Shown here one piece after another: positions 44,693 to 54,203 of a stretch of DNA of 64,000 nucleotides. The DNA comes from an uncultured Bacteroidota bacterium (GTDB taxonomy: Bacteria > Bacteroidota > Bacteroidia > Bacteroidales > WCHB1-69): NCBI GenBank assembly GCA_902786595.1, contig CADADB010000013.1:12225-76224 (forward strand), written 5' to 3'. The notes below the pieces were generated by a model. That model had not been told where the DNA came from. It saw only the letters and a program-made list of their open reading frames with translations, and did no database searches. The translations under genes were made by a program, and so were the position numbers. Each line of letters begins with the position of its first letter. The stretch's first letter is position 1.

Positions 44693-46369
44693 ATGAAAAA
44701 ACTACTGACTTTCATCACCGCAATCATCGTCGTTTCAGCCACGGCACAAAACAACCAACTGACGCATCCTGCCACTTACGTGGAAACAGTACTGGATGCC
44801 ACCACCCTGCTGACATTGTCGCAGGAGTTTTCCGTTGACAAGGTGACCCGCAATGCCGACGGAACATTCAACACACGCATCTGTTTGTCATACAAGGATT
44901 TCGACAGCTTCCTGGCCAAAGACATCCCCTTCACGACCATGCAACAAATTCGCGCCAACGTGCAAATGGCCTATAATTATGAGGCGATGACTGCCAACTG
45001 GAACCGCTATCCGACCTACAGCACCTACACCGCCATGATGGACACCTTCCGCACTCGTTACCCGAACCTATGCGCGATTGACACCATTTTGTCCTCAACT
45101 CCGGGCGGCCATAAAATTCTTTGCGCCCATATCAGCAACAACCTCAACGACAACGAGGGCAAGCCATCCTTATTCTACACTTCCACCATCCATGGCGATG
45201 AAGTGGTGGGTTATTACATGATGCTCAGACTGATCAATCTTCTACTAACAAACTACAACACAGATACATACATCACCGAATTAGTCAACAATGTGGACAT
45301 CTGGATTTGTCCATTACACAACCCTGACGGGACCTATTACACCTCTGATGACCAAATCAACAGCTCCCCGATTTCCATCCGGCACAATCTGCATGGGGAG
45401 GATTTGAACCGTTCTTTCCCTTTGGCGGGACAAACCATTGCCAAACCGAATTACGAACCTGAAGTGGAAGCGATGATGCAGTTCATGGAAGCGCACAACT
45501 TCACCCTGACAGCCAATCTGCACGGGGGTGCGGAGGTCTTCAACTATCCGTGGGACAGCTGGCCATCATGGCAGCACAGCCACGCCGATGCCGACTGGTG
45601 GGAGTATGTCGGACACAATTTCGCCGACACTTGTCACGAATATTCTACGTATTACATGTGGGATGAGAACAATGGGGTGACCGAAGGCGGTGACTGGTAT
45701 GTCATCACCGGCTCTATGCAGGATTACCACAATTGGTATCTCGGCACCCGGCACGTCACCATCGAAGTAAGTGATTATAAAGTTGTCTCCACATCCCAGG
45801 TGGGCAGTTATTGGAACGCGGCCTACCACTCCCTGCTGAATTTCATAGCAGAAGCGGAAAACGGCATCCATGGCACGGTCACCGACTCCATCACGGGCGA
45901 ACCACTCCAAGCACTGGTTTACATTGCCAACCACGACCTCGACCATTCCTACGTGGAGACAACCCTGCCACACGGCGACTACCACCGCCCTATAAAAGCC
46001 GGCCAATATTCGGTAACCTATTCGGCTGACGGCTACCTCCCAAAAACCATCGTCACCACCATTGCTGACGGAGAAAAATTAGTACAGAATGTACAATTGT
46101 CCAAATCCGTCGGAATTCCCGAATATGACAAAATAGTGAAAATATATCCTAACCCCGCACAGGATTTCATCACGGTGGAATTGTCCGACAACACGGCTAT
46201 TGACTGTATCTCGCTCTACGACATACAAGGACGACTTGTAGAAACATTTCCTGAAACGCCTCTGCAGTCCACCAAACTGGATGTCCGCAACCTTCCCGCC
46301 GGCACTTATATCCTGCACATCGCGACGACCTGCGACTATGAAATTATCCGGAAAATACACGTTTTTTAG
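44693..46369 (+). CDS. M14 zinc carboxypeptidase with T9SS type-A C-terminal sorting domain
   Basis: Zinc motifs HGDEVVG, NPDG and NLHGGAEV. The C-terminal ~80 aa (KIYPNPAQDFITVEL...GTYILHI) fits the type-A (Por) CTD. Confidence 0.85.
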   Translation: MKKLLTFITAIIVVSATAQNNQLTHPATYVETVLDATTLLTLSQEFSVDKVTRNADGTFNTRICLSYKDFDSFLAKDIPFTTMQQIRANVQMAYNYEAMTANWNRYPTYSTYTAMMDTFRTRYPNLCAIDTILSSTPGGHKILCAHISNNLNDNEGKPSLFYTSTIHGDEVVGYYMMLRLINLLLTNYNTDTYITELVNNVDIWICPLHNPDGTYYTSDDQINSSPISIRHNLHGEDLNRSFPLAGQTIAKPNYEPEVEAMMQFMEAHNFTLTANLHGGAEVFNYPWDSWPSWQHSHADADWWEYVGHNFADTCHEYSTYYMWDENNGVTEGGDWYVITGSMQDYHNWYLGTRHVTIEVSDYKVVSTSQVGSYWNAAYHSLLNFIAEAENGIHGTVTDSITGEPLQALVYIANHDLDHSYVETTLPHGDYHRPIKAGQYSVTYSADGYLPKTIVTTIADGEKLVQNVQLSKSVGIPEYDKIVKIYPNPAQDFITVELSDNTAIDCISLYDIQGRLVETFPETPLQSTKLDVRNLPAGTYILHIATTCDYEIIRKIHVF

Positions 46370-46383
46370 ATGATACTACTCTC

Positions 46384-46411
46384 AAACAAAACCACGTAGT
46401 TTGTTTTTTTT
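46384..46411 (+). terminator. Weak A/T-rich hairpin plus T-run after the M14 gene
   Basis: aaacaaa-accacgtag-tttgttt followed by ttttt. Confidence 0.35.
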
Positions 46412-46442
46412 CTTAGTGATACGAAGGTATAGTTTTTTTTAT

Positions 46443-46450
46443 TACTTTTG
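46443..46450 (+). promoter_or_regulatory. -7 box (TACTTTTG) for the DUF4328-like gene
   Basis: tacttttg at 46443-46450, 70 nt upstream of ATG 46520. Confidence 0.5.
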
Positions 46451-46519
46451 CTACGCTTAATTTAAAGTGAATGTTTTTCCTAAAGCTTTGAAAATTAGTA
46501 ATATAAAATAATTTTTAGT

Positions 46520-47464
46520 ATGAAAAAATTGACAAATAACACTTCTTTGGGCAAACTTATTCTGCTCTGCAATGTGGTGGTGCTCGTTCTTTTCATCATC
46601 TCCATGCTGTTTTTGATGAAATTTGACAAGACCAACAGAGCCGTCATCCAAGAACGCGGCCACTACAACAATCTGTATGAACAGTACGCCACCGCACAGC
46701 ACCCGCTACGCCAAGACAGCGCAGAAGTGGCTTACTACCAGTACAAATTGGACACGCTGCAACAGAAAACTCCCGCCAACAAAGACGAGAGAAAGGCACT
46801 TAGCGAAAGCATTGAGGTCACCAAACAGACCTTAGCCGACAAGAAAAAACAACAAGAAGAACACCTGAAGAGTGTGGCTGAACTGGAACAAGAATATACT
46901 CCGGCCTTGGAGAACTGGGACAATCTGAACGCCGACAACGCTGCAGCCAAAAAGAAATTCTGGGTTATCGCAGCCCTGACTATTGTCGCTTTCCTCGTCA
47001 AAACGTTCCTCTTCGCCGTCTGGGGCGCAAAAAACAACAAAAACCTGCACGAAATCGCCCCGTGGATGCAAAGCGGCATGAAACCTTGGATGTCATACGT
47101 GGCTTGGTTCGTCCCTATCTACAATCTCATCAAACCCCTCTCATTCTTCAAAGAAGTGTGGAATGAAACCGACTATGCCCTTGAAAATATCGGTGCTACC
47201 CAAAGAGACGAGAACAAAGTTGATAACTCCAATATTTATATGTCTATTTGGTGGGGATTCTTGTTGTGCAGCGTGTGGTTGATGAACTACATTCTGTTCT
47301 GCACATTCTTCCGCGAAGGCGCCCTCTACGTGAAAGCCAACCATGGCACCATGGTGGTTGTTGCCATCGTGATCATGGTCATCTGCATGGTCATTGAATC
47401 TGCACTGATTCTTAAATACAACAAGAAAAACGTGCAACTGGTCGAAAACGAAGACAAGTTTTAA
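46520..47464 (+). CDS. Membrane protein, DUF4328-like C-terminal domain with an N-terminal coiled-coil region
   Basis: One N-terminal TM, a coiled-coil segment, then a 3-4 TM region with WFVPIYNLIKPLSFFKEVW (the DUF4328 pattern as I recall it). Confidence 0.55.
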   Translation: MKKLTNNTSLGKLILLCNVVVLVLFIISMLFLMKFDKTNRAVIQERGHYNNLYEQYATAQHPLRQDSAEVAYYQYKLDTLQQKTPANKDERKALSESIEVTKQTLADKKKQQEEHLKSVAELEQEYTPALENWDNLNADNAAAKKKFWVIAALTIVAFLVKTFLFAVWGAKNNKNLHEIAPWMQSGMKPWMSYVAWFVPIYNLIKPLSFFKEVWNETDYALENIGATQRDENKVDNSNIYMSIWWGFLLCSVWLMNYILFCTFFREGALYVKANHGTMVVVAIVIMVICMVIESALILKYNKKNVQLVENEDKF

Positions 47465-47483
47465 TCCATAATATTAACGGCAC

Positions 47484-47515
47484 AAAAAAGCAGGGCTGAA
47501 AACCCTGCTTTTTTT
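47484..47515. terminator. Bidirectional intrinsic terminator
   Basis: aaaaaa-GCAGGG-ctgaaaa-CCCTGC-ttttttt, between convergent genes. Confidence 0.8.
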
Positions 47516-47532
47516 ATGTTCATTTACGGGAG

Positions 47533-48657
47533 CTACGGCAAAACCTTCTCCATCGTTTTCCATAACAAGTCCGCCGTCCTATCCCAAGTGAAAAGCCCTT
47601 TTCTGGCAATGCCTTTCTGAATCAATGTCTCTCTTAAACTCTTGTTTTGCTGCAAGCTGCACATAGCTTCCGCCAGTTGATCTGGGTTATACGGATCTAC
47701 TAATATGGCAGCGTCACCCGCAATCTCCGGCATGGCGGTAACATTTGAGGTGATAATAGGAACCTGCGCATTAAACGAATCCACTATAGGAAGCCCAAAG
47801 CCCTCGAAAAGCGATGTGTAAACCATTGCCATGGCACTTGCGGTAAGCTCACAGACAACATCCAATGGTTGGCGGCCAAGAAGAAGCACATCATCGCGAT
47901 GCCGCATTTTCAGATATGTATCCTCAATCTCACCAGCCCACCACTTTTTGTCGCCAACCACCACCAATTTCGTGGAATTGGAGTCTTTCTCTTTGAAACA
48001 GTCAAAAGCCCTGAAAATATTGTCCAAATTCTTGCGCTTGTGAATGAGTCCCACAAAAAGGAAATAATCACATCCGTCCGTGTACCTCCGTTTGACCTGG
48101 TCCTGCTGTTCATCCGAAAGTGGTTTGTAGGCAGGATTATCGCCCGAAAAAACGACATCAATCTTCTCGGGATCGATCTGAAATGAACGGATAATATCCT
48201 GCCGACTGTATTCCGACACTGTAGCCAGTTGAGTGGCCTGCTGGGCAAACTTCGGGAAAAACCGGTCATAATAACGGCGCACCACAGGCGGCACAAATTC
48301 AGGATGATGCAAAAAATTGAGGTCGTGGATGACATTGACCACGGGAATATTCAAACGCGTTGGAATCCATCCATCGGTGGAAAGGAAGATATCCGGTTTT
48401 ATTTTTTTGATTTTCAACGGAACGCCATACTCAAAAAAAAGTCGCCAAAGGTAGGGATGGCGGGCTTGAGGGTGAACGACTACCGGGGTGATATTATCAC
48501 TGAAAAGGAAAGAATCGTCAAACTTCCGGTCAAAAAAGAAAAAGAAATGATGTTCGGGATGCGCTTTAGTGATTCGGCGCAACGTCTCATACGTAAACTG
48601 TCCGATACCCTCCAATCTGTCTTTCAGCAGCAGACGTGTATTGACGGCAATCCTCAT
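47533..48657 (-). CDS. Glycosyltransferase family 4 (GT-B, Glycos_transf_1)
   Basis: C-terminal E-x7-E region (SLFEGFGLPIVDSF) and typical length. Confidence 0.85.
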   Translation of the reverse strand: MRIAVNTRLLLKDRLEGIGQFTYETLRRITKAHPEHHFFFFFDRKFDDSFLFSDNITPVVVHPQARHPYLWRLFFEYGVPLKIKKIKPDIFLSTDGWIPTRLNIPVVNVIHDLNFLHHPEFVPPVVRRYYDRFFPKFAQQATQLATVSEYSRQDIIRSFQIDPEKIDVVFSGDNPAYKPLSDEQQDQVKRRYTDGCDYFLFVGLIHKRKNLDNIFRAFDCFKEKDSNSTKLVVVGDKKWWAGEIEDTYLKMRHRDDVLLLGRQPLDVVCELTASAMAMVYTSLFEGFGLPIVDSFNAQVPIITSNVTAMPEIAGDAAILVDPYNPDQLAEAMCSLQQNKSLRETLIQKGIARKGLFTWDRTADLLWKTMEKVLP

Positions 48658-48683
48658 AATATCAAAATGATTTTCGGGCGGAT

Positions 48684-50543
48684 TTACGCAGAATGGGAAT
48701 CTTTTTTATCGCTACTTGTACGATAAGCGTAATCATCCTGAGCGTTTGGCATTTCGCCGTACTGGTCTGCCCCGGGAGTGGCGGGTTCAATATCTTTGAT
48801 GTTCAACTGTGTGGTCACCGTATTGTTCCAACGGTTCTCCTCCACATGATAAAGCACATTGAAGGGCTTTGAGTTGCTGATGATTGGGAGTTGGGCCTTT
48901 TGGTTAAAGGCAATGCCATCGAAAGAACTTCCCCGTTCGTATGGACTTAATATCTTACATTTCAAATGTTTGTCACCCACAATGCGGGCATTCCCTTCAT
49001 CCACTACACCATCTGTCTCAAAAACCGGTTCCATGTTCCCTGGACCGAAGGGCGCGAATTTCTTCAGATTTTTCAAGAACTGAGGTGTGATTTCAGAAAG
49101 CTTCAGCATCATATCGACCGTGATTTCCGGTTCGTATGAAGATTCATCAAGATTTTCCTTCACATACTCCTCAAAACGCTGGGAAAACTCCTCCAGATTC
49201 TCCTGTTTCATGGTCAACCCTGCGGCGTACTTGTGACCACCGAAGTGCTCCAACAAATCAGCACAAGAGTCTATGCCATCATAGATATTGAACTCCTTGA
49301 CTGAACGGGCGGACCCTGTAATCAGACCATCATCTGAACTCATCAACACGATGGTGGGCTTGTAAAACTCCTCCACCAACCGCGAGGCCACAATACCAAT
49401 AATGCCCTTTTCCCACTGAGGATTATAGATCACTATACTTTTCCGGTTCTCGAATTCATGGGAATTGCGGATCATGTCCATCGCTTCCTCCGTGGCATTC
49501 TTGTCCTTCTGCTTCCGCTCGTTATTCTGCTTGTTAATGCGGTTACTGATCTCCAAAGACTTGTCCTCGTCCTCCACAATAAATAACCGCACGGACTCCT
49601 TCGCACTTTTAATTCTGCCGGCAGCATTGATGCGGGGTCCGACATAAAACACCAAGTCAGAAATGGATATCACCCGAGTGAAAAAGGTGTCTTCACTGAA
49701 TGGAGGATACGTCCGCATCTTGATTCCCGCCTGATCCAAAATGGCGCGGATGCCCATGCGCGGGATTTTGTTGATCATTTCCAGTCCGAAATGGGCCAGA
49801 ATACGGTTTTCGCCCGTAATAGCCACGATGTCGCAGGCAATGCTGACGGCCACCAAGTCCATGCGTTTCAGCCACAACTCGTCAGGAAGCTCGTTACGGA
49901 AACAATATCCCTGCACCAATTTGAAGCCCACGCCACAACCGGAAAGTTCCTTGTAAGGGTATGTACAATCCTTACGCTTGGGATCCAAAATGGCCAGTGC
50001 ATTGGGCAGCGTGTCGCCCTCCAAATGGTGGTCGGTGATAATGACATCTATGCCATATTGATTGGCCAAATCAACCATATCGTTGGCTTTGATGCCGCAG
50101 TCAAGGGAAATCAACAAGTTGATGCCATTTTCTTTGCAATAGTTGATGCCCTTTTCCGTAATGCCATAACCTTCCGTATAACGGTCAGGAATATAATACT
50201 TGATATATTCGTGGGCATCAGAGCCGCGAATTTCACACAGGAAAGAATACACGAGTGCCACGGCGGAGGTACCGTCCACGTCATAGTCACCATAAACCAT
50301 GATTTTCTCGTCATGGACGATGGCTTTCGAAAGTCTATCCACGGCGACAGACATGTCTTTCATCAAGAACGGGTCGTGTAATTTTTCAATATCGGGTTCA
50401 AAAAAGTCGCGGGCCTGCTGAACCGTGGAAATGCCACGTTGGGCGAGCAGGGTGGCAAGCGGCCGCTCAAGTCGCAGATGCTCACACAGTTGTGAAACAA
50501 CTGCTTCATCTGGAAGCTCTTTTTTAACCCAATGTTTTTTCAT
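48684..50543 (-). CDS. recJ: Single-stranded-DNA-specific exonuclease RecJ
   Basis: DHH motifs (VYGDYDVDGTSA, SLDCG, ITDHH) and a DHHA1 region (GGHKYAAG). Confidence 0.95.
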   Translation of the reverse strand: MKKHWVKKELPDEAVVSQLCEHLRLERPLATLLAQRGISTVQQARDFFEPDIEKLHDPFLMKDMSVAVDRLSKAIVHDEKIMVYGDYDVDGTSAVALVYSFLCEIRGSDAHEYIKYYIPDRYTEGYGITEKGINYCKENGINLLISLDCGIKANDMVDLANQYGIDVIITDHHLEGDTLPNALAILDPKRKDCTYPYKELSGCGVGFKLVQGYCFRNELPDELWLKRMDLVAVSIACDIVAITGENRILAHFGLEMINKIPRMGIRAILDQAGIKMRTYPPFSEDTFFTRVISISDLVFYVGPRINAAGRIKSAKESVRLFIVEDEDKSLEISNRINKQNNERKQKDKNATEEAMDMIRNSHEFENRKSIVIYNPQWEKGIIGIVASRLVEEFYKPTIVLMSSDDGLITGSARSVKEFNIYDGIDSCADLLEHFGGHKYAAGLTMKQENLEEFSQRFEEYVKENLDESSYEPEITVDMMLKLSEITPQFLKNLKKFAPFGPGNMEPVFETDGVVDEGNARIVGDKHLKCKILSPYERGSSFDGIAFNQKAQLPIISNSKPFNVLYHVEENRWNNTVTTQLNIKDIEPATPGADQYGEMPNAQDDYAYRTSSDKKDSHSA

Positions 50544-50591
50544 TTTACTACAACATTAAAAACCGCTGCAAATATATAGATTATTTTTATA

Positions 50592-52049
50592 CTATATATT
50601 TCCAATTTTCATCTTTTTATCTATGTCGGTGATATATTGCTTCATTTTCTTGTCCGTTTCACTGAGATTCCGGATGGTGCGGCAGGCGTGAAGAACCGTC
50701 GCGTGGTCCTTGTTACCGCAGTAAGTGCCAATGACAGATAACGGCAGATGGGTGTACTTTTTGGCGAAATACATGCTGATCTGCCTTACCTGAACAATCT
50801 CCCTTTTTCTGGTTTTGGCGTTGATGGCATCTACTGAGATACCGAAATAGTCACACACAATCTTCTGGATATACTCAATGGAAATCTCTTTGGCGGTGGA
50901 TTTCACGTATTTATCAACCATCTCACGGGCGAGGTCGAGCGTGATGTCGCGATGGTTGAGCGATGCCTGGGCCAGGATGGCAATCATGGCGCCTTCCAGC
51001 TCCCTTGTGTTGGCTGTAATGCGCAACGCCAGATAATCAATCACCTCTTTGGAGAACTCTATTCCATTGTTTTCCAGTTTCTTAGTGATAATGGCAGTGC
51101 GCGTCTCAAGATCGGGAACCTGCAAATCCGTCGCCAACCCCCATTTGAAGCGGTTCAACAGACGCGGCTCGAAACCGGTAATGTCAACCGGTGATTTGTC
51201 GGAGGTCATGATTATCTGCTTCTTCGATTGATGCAAATGATTGAAAATCTGGAAGAAGGCCTCCTGAGTCTTGGTCTTGTTGCCCGAAATGAACTGGATA
51301 TCATCAATGATCAGCATGTCCACAGCTTGGTAAAACCAATAGAAGTCATTGAGGTTGTCGCTCTTCACGGCCTCCATATACTGCTGGTAGAACGTGTCAG
51401 CACTGACATAAATGACAATCTTATCGGGAAAGTTGATTTTGGTCTGGATTCCGATAGCGTTAACCAGATGCGTCTTGCCCAATCCCACTTCAGAATAAAT
51501 AAAAAGCGGGTTGAAGGGCGTCTGACCAGGAGCTTTTGAAATGGAGAGTCCGGCGGCACATGCCAGTCGGTTGCAGTCGCCCACCACATAGTTGTCGAAG
51601 GTCAAAGACTCCGAAAGATTGGAGGGAATGCGCTGCTTTTTAATGCCAGGGACAATGAAAGGACCGGGGATATCCTTACGGTCCATCGTGTTGACATCCA
51701 AAGGAGGCATCATCAGCGGGTTCTTCACGGCCTTGCGCGAAGCGGAGGGAACCGTGATGGAGGAGTTCTGGTCGGGTGATTTTCCACGCTCCATCAACAC
51801 CTTGTAGCGCAACTTCGCATCATTTCCCAACAATTTCCGTATAGCGGTGCGTAACAAATCCACATATTGCTCTTCAAGTATCTCCTTGTACCACAAGCTC
51901 GGCAATTCCAATGTGAGTTGCTTCTTATCCAATGACACAGCGTTAATTGGCTCAAAGATAGTGGAAAACACCTCTGAAGACACTGTATCCCTGATAATAT
52001 CCAAACATTGTTCCCAAACTGTTGTATATGAGGGTAGTTCTTTTTCCAT
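50592..52049 (-). CDS. dnaA: Chromosomal replication initiator protein DnaA
   Basis: Walker A SEVGLGKTHL, box VII/sensor motifs, and the C-terminal DNA-binding helix (GNKDHATVLHACRTI). Confidence 0.95.
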   Translation of the reverse strand: MEKELPSYTTVWEQCLDIIRDTVSSEVFSTIFEPINAVSLDKKQLTLELPSLWYKEILEEQYVDLLRTAIRKLLGNDAKLRYKVLMERGKSPDQNSSITVPSASRKAVKNPLMMPPLDVNTMDRKDIPGPFIVPGIKKQRIPSNLSESLTFDNYVVGDCNRLACAAGLSISKAPGQTPFNPLFIYSEVGLGKTHLVNAIGIQTKINFPDKIVIYVSADTFYQQYMEAVKSDNLNDFYWFYQAVDMLIIDDIQFISGNKTKTQEAFFQIFNHLHQSKKQIIMTSDKSPVDITGFEPRLLNRFKWGLATDLQVPDLETRTAIITKKLENNGIEFSKEVIDYLALRITANTRELEGAMIAILAQASLNHRDITLDLAREMVDKYVKSTAKEISIEYIQKIVCDYFGISVDAINAKTRKREIVQVRQISMYFAKKYTHLPLSVIGTYCGNKDHATVLHACRTIRNLSETDKKMKQYITDIDKKMKIGNI

Positions 52050-52227
52050 TTGCAGTTTACGAAATATTAATAAATTCTATCAGACTTACACTTAATATTT
52101 TAGCAAAACAAGCTCTGCTATTTTTTCACCTCGCAAAAATAACAAAAAAAAGTTCAAAATTTTTTTTTCAAACTATTGATTTTTTGAAAAAAAAGGTTAT
52201 AAATTCCTTTTTCTGCCATAAAAGATA

Positions 52228-52941
52228 CTAAGACAGTAAGTTATGAAACTCTTGGTATTTCCCCACATCTTGCCACGTGTCATTATCGTGCGGGTAGCCG
52301 AGAATCCTATGCTTTTCCGCCGCTTCAAGGTAGAACTGCGTGACAGAGTATTTTTCAACAGTGGGAATAGACCGCGCAAAAGCGGTGTTCATCACATGTA
52401 TGCCGCTGAAGGCAAGACGCAATGGATTCTCGCACGGTCTGGCGATAATCCTTTCCTGCGTCCGGATGTTCTCCCAACCGCACAACCTGCACTCCTCACG
52501 GTCAAACAGAAAATAGCGCTGCGTCTGTCGGTTCCGAACCGCCAACGTTGCTTCTGCCTGATGACTTGTATGATAGTCAATCAATTCAGAAAGGTTTATA
52601 TCAGACAAAATATCAACATTATAGAAAAGCAACAGTTCGCTGTTCTGCCAAAAGGGCTCCGCGAACTTCACCCCGCCGGCCGTGTCCCGTAAATATGCCC
52701 GCTCATCGGAAATGCGGATGCCCGCAGCAAGGGGATGTTGTCTCACCGCCTCGATAATCATATCCGGAAAATGATGCACATTGACAATCACATCTGTGAC
52801 CCCACAACCCATCATTTTATCCAAAGCATTGTCCAACAATGTTTTCCCTTGATATTTCACCAGAGCTTTCGGCCTGTCAGTCGTAAGAGGATACAGCCGT
52901 GTGCCCAAACCCGCCGCAAAAATAAAACCAGTAATGTTCAT
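52228..52941 (-). CDS. Sugar-phosphate nucleotidyltransferase (MurU / NTP_transferase-like)
   Basis: N-terminal FAAGLGTRLYPLTTDRPKALV signature. Confidence 0.8.
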   Translation of the reverse strand: MNITGFIFAAGLGTRLYPLTTDRPKALVKYQGKTLLDNALDKMMGCGVTDVIVNVHHFPDMIIEAVRQHPLAAGIRISDERAYLRDTAGGVKFAEPFWQNSELLLFYNVDILSDINLSELIDYHTSHQAEATLAVRNRQTQRYFLFDREECRLCGWENIRTQERIIARPCENPLRLAFSGIHVMNTAFARSIPTVEKYSVTQFYLEAAEKHRILGYPHDNDTWQDVGKYQEFHNLLS

Positions 52942-52967
52942 TCCACAATATGCATTTTATGAAAGTG

Positions 52968-52975
52968 CAAAAGTA
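52968..52975 (-). promoter_or_regulatory. -7 box (TACTTTTG on minus strand) for the nucleotidyltransferase gene
   Basis: caaaagta at 52968-52975, 27 nt upstream of ATG 52941. Confidence 0.55.
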
Positions 52976-53031
52976 ACAAAAAGATGTTGATTTCATCTTA
53001 AAAAAAAGAAAAAACCATTGTTGAATTCTTT

Positions 53032-53039
53032 TACTTTTG
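53032..53039 (+). promoter_or_regulatory. -7 box (TACTTTTG) for the 134-aa lipoprotein gene
   Basis: tacttttg at 53032-53039, 29 nt upstream of ATG 53068. Confidence 0.55.
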
Positions 53040-53067
53040 CAGAATCTAACAATAGAATAACCGAATT

Positions 53068-53472
53068 ATGAAAAAAATCGTCTTTGTCGCCATATTGGGT
53101 GTAGCTCTTCTATTTGGGGGATGCAACAAGAAGTTGGTTTCCACGCAATATACCATCGGATGTCTGGGCTACCAATACGGTTCCGCAGAAGGATCTGACT
53201 GGGAAGAGCTTCAATCTTATTTTTCCACACAGGTGGAATACAACAAACTTATCACCTTTGAGAGCAAGACCCTTGCTGAAAACGACGCCAAGGCAACCCA
53301 ATACTTCGATGAACAAGTTAAGAAACTAGACACGGCGTATGTCTGCTCGCTGATGAACGCCTCCGACTATTTCGAATACGGGATAGCCACCCTGAACAAA
53401 GACGGAGGATACAGATACCTGCGATTGCTTCGCTTTACTGAGAGCGGAATGACCGAAATAAACAAGAACTAG
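53068..53472 (+). CDS. Hypothetical lipoprotein (134 aa)
   Basis: Lipoprotein signal MKKIVFVAILGVALLFGGC, with its own promoter box. No recognisable family. Confidence 0.55.
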   Translation: MKKIVFVAILGVALLFGGCNKKLVSTQYTIGCLGYQYGSAEGSDWEELQSYFSTQVEYNKLITFESKTLAENDAKATQYFDEQVKKLDTAYVCSLMNASDYFEYGIATLNKDGGYRYLRLLRFTESGMTEINKN

Positions 53473-53477
53473 TCGCG

Positions 53478-54125
53478 TCACTTTTTGACACGCTCCTTCA
53501 ACATCGGGACAAACACGAAATCCCCGAAATCCTCTTCTTCATATTCAGAATCGCTGATTTTCACGATTCGTTTCATAACTTGTGATTCCTCCCCGACAGG
53601 AATCACCATGATCCCACCTACAACTAGCTGGTCAACAAGCGCTTGGGGTATTTCCGGGGCACCACAAGTCACAATCACGCGGTCGTAAGGCGCGAACTGC
53701 GGGAACCCTTTGAACCCATCGCCATAGCGGGTGACAACCGTCGGCGCAAGCTTGCTCAGCAGCGGCCTCGTGCGGTTGAACAGCGTGATCTGCCGCTCCA
53801 CCGTGAAAACCCTCGCCCCCATGGCAAACAAAATGGCCGCCTGAAATCCTGAGCCCGTGCCGATTTCCAGCACTTTCATCCCTTTGCTCACCTCCAACAG
53901 TTGCGACTGGAATGCCACCGTTGACGGCTTCGAGATGGTCTGGTCTGTGGCCAATTTCAAGGCCTCATCCTCATACGCGCGAGGCCATAACAGCGACTCC
54001 AAAAACAGATGTCGCTCCATCTTGTCAAAAGCCCCAAGCACGTTTTCGTCTGTGATGCCCTTCTCCCGAAGCCCTTCAATCATCCGTCTCTTTTGCCCAA
54101 GAAGAAGATAATTTTCTGTTGCCAT
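53478..54125 (-). CDS. pcm: Protein-L-isoaspartate O-methyltransferase
   Basis: SAM motif VLEIGTGSGFQAA, plus the pre- and post-motif regions typical of Pcm. Confidence 0.9.
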   Translation of the reverse strand: MATENYLLLGQKRRMIEGLREKGITDENVLGAFDKMERHLFLESLLWPRAYEDEALKLATDQTISKPSTVAFQSQLLEVSKGMKVLEIGTGSGFQAAILFAMGARVFTVERQITLFNRTRPLLSKLAPTVVTRYGDGFKGFPQFAPYDRVIVTCGAPEIPQALVDQLVVGGIMVIPVGEESQVMKRIVKISDSEYEEEDFGDFVFVPMLKERVKK

Positions 54126-54152
54126 AATCCGATTTTATTCTGATTTTCCACC

Positions 54153-54197
54153 GTAGAGACGTTTCCTGAAACGTCTCTTGTCCTGAAACGTCTCTAC
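54153..54197. repeat. GTAGAGACG palindrome, copy D, with a duplicated 3' arm
   Basis: gtagagacgtttc-c-tgaaacgtctct-tgtcc-tgaaacgtctctac, between the purF-like stop and the pcm start. Confidence 0.8.
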
Positions 54198-54203
54198 AAG
54201 AAG

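Noticed and set aside
52050-52227. Possible oriC in the AT-rich 178-bp region upstream of dnaA, which contains A8/T9 tracts.
   Set aside because: I could not find a cluster of TTATCCACA-like DnaA boxes here or in the recJ-dnaA gap. In addition, rpoC and most genes to the right are on the minus strand and would be head-on to a fork starting here. An origin next to dnaA is therefore unsupported; a GC-skew analysis of the whole replicon is needed.
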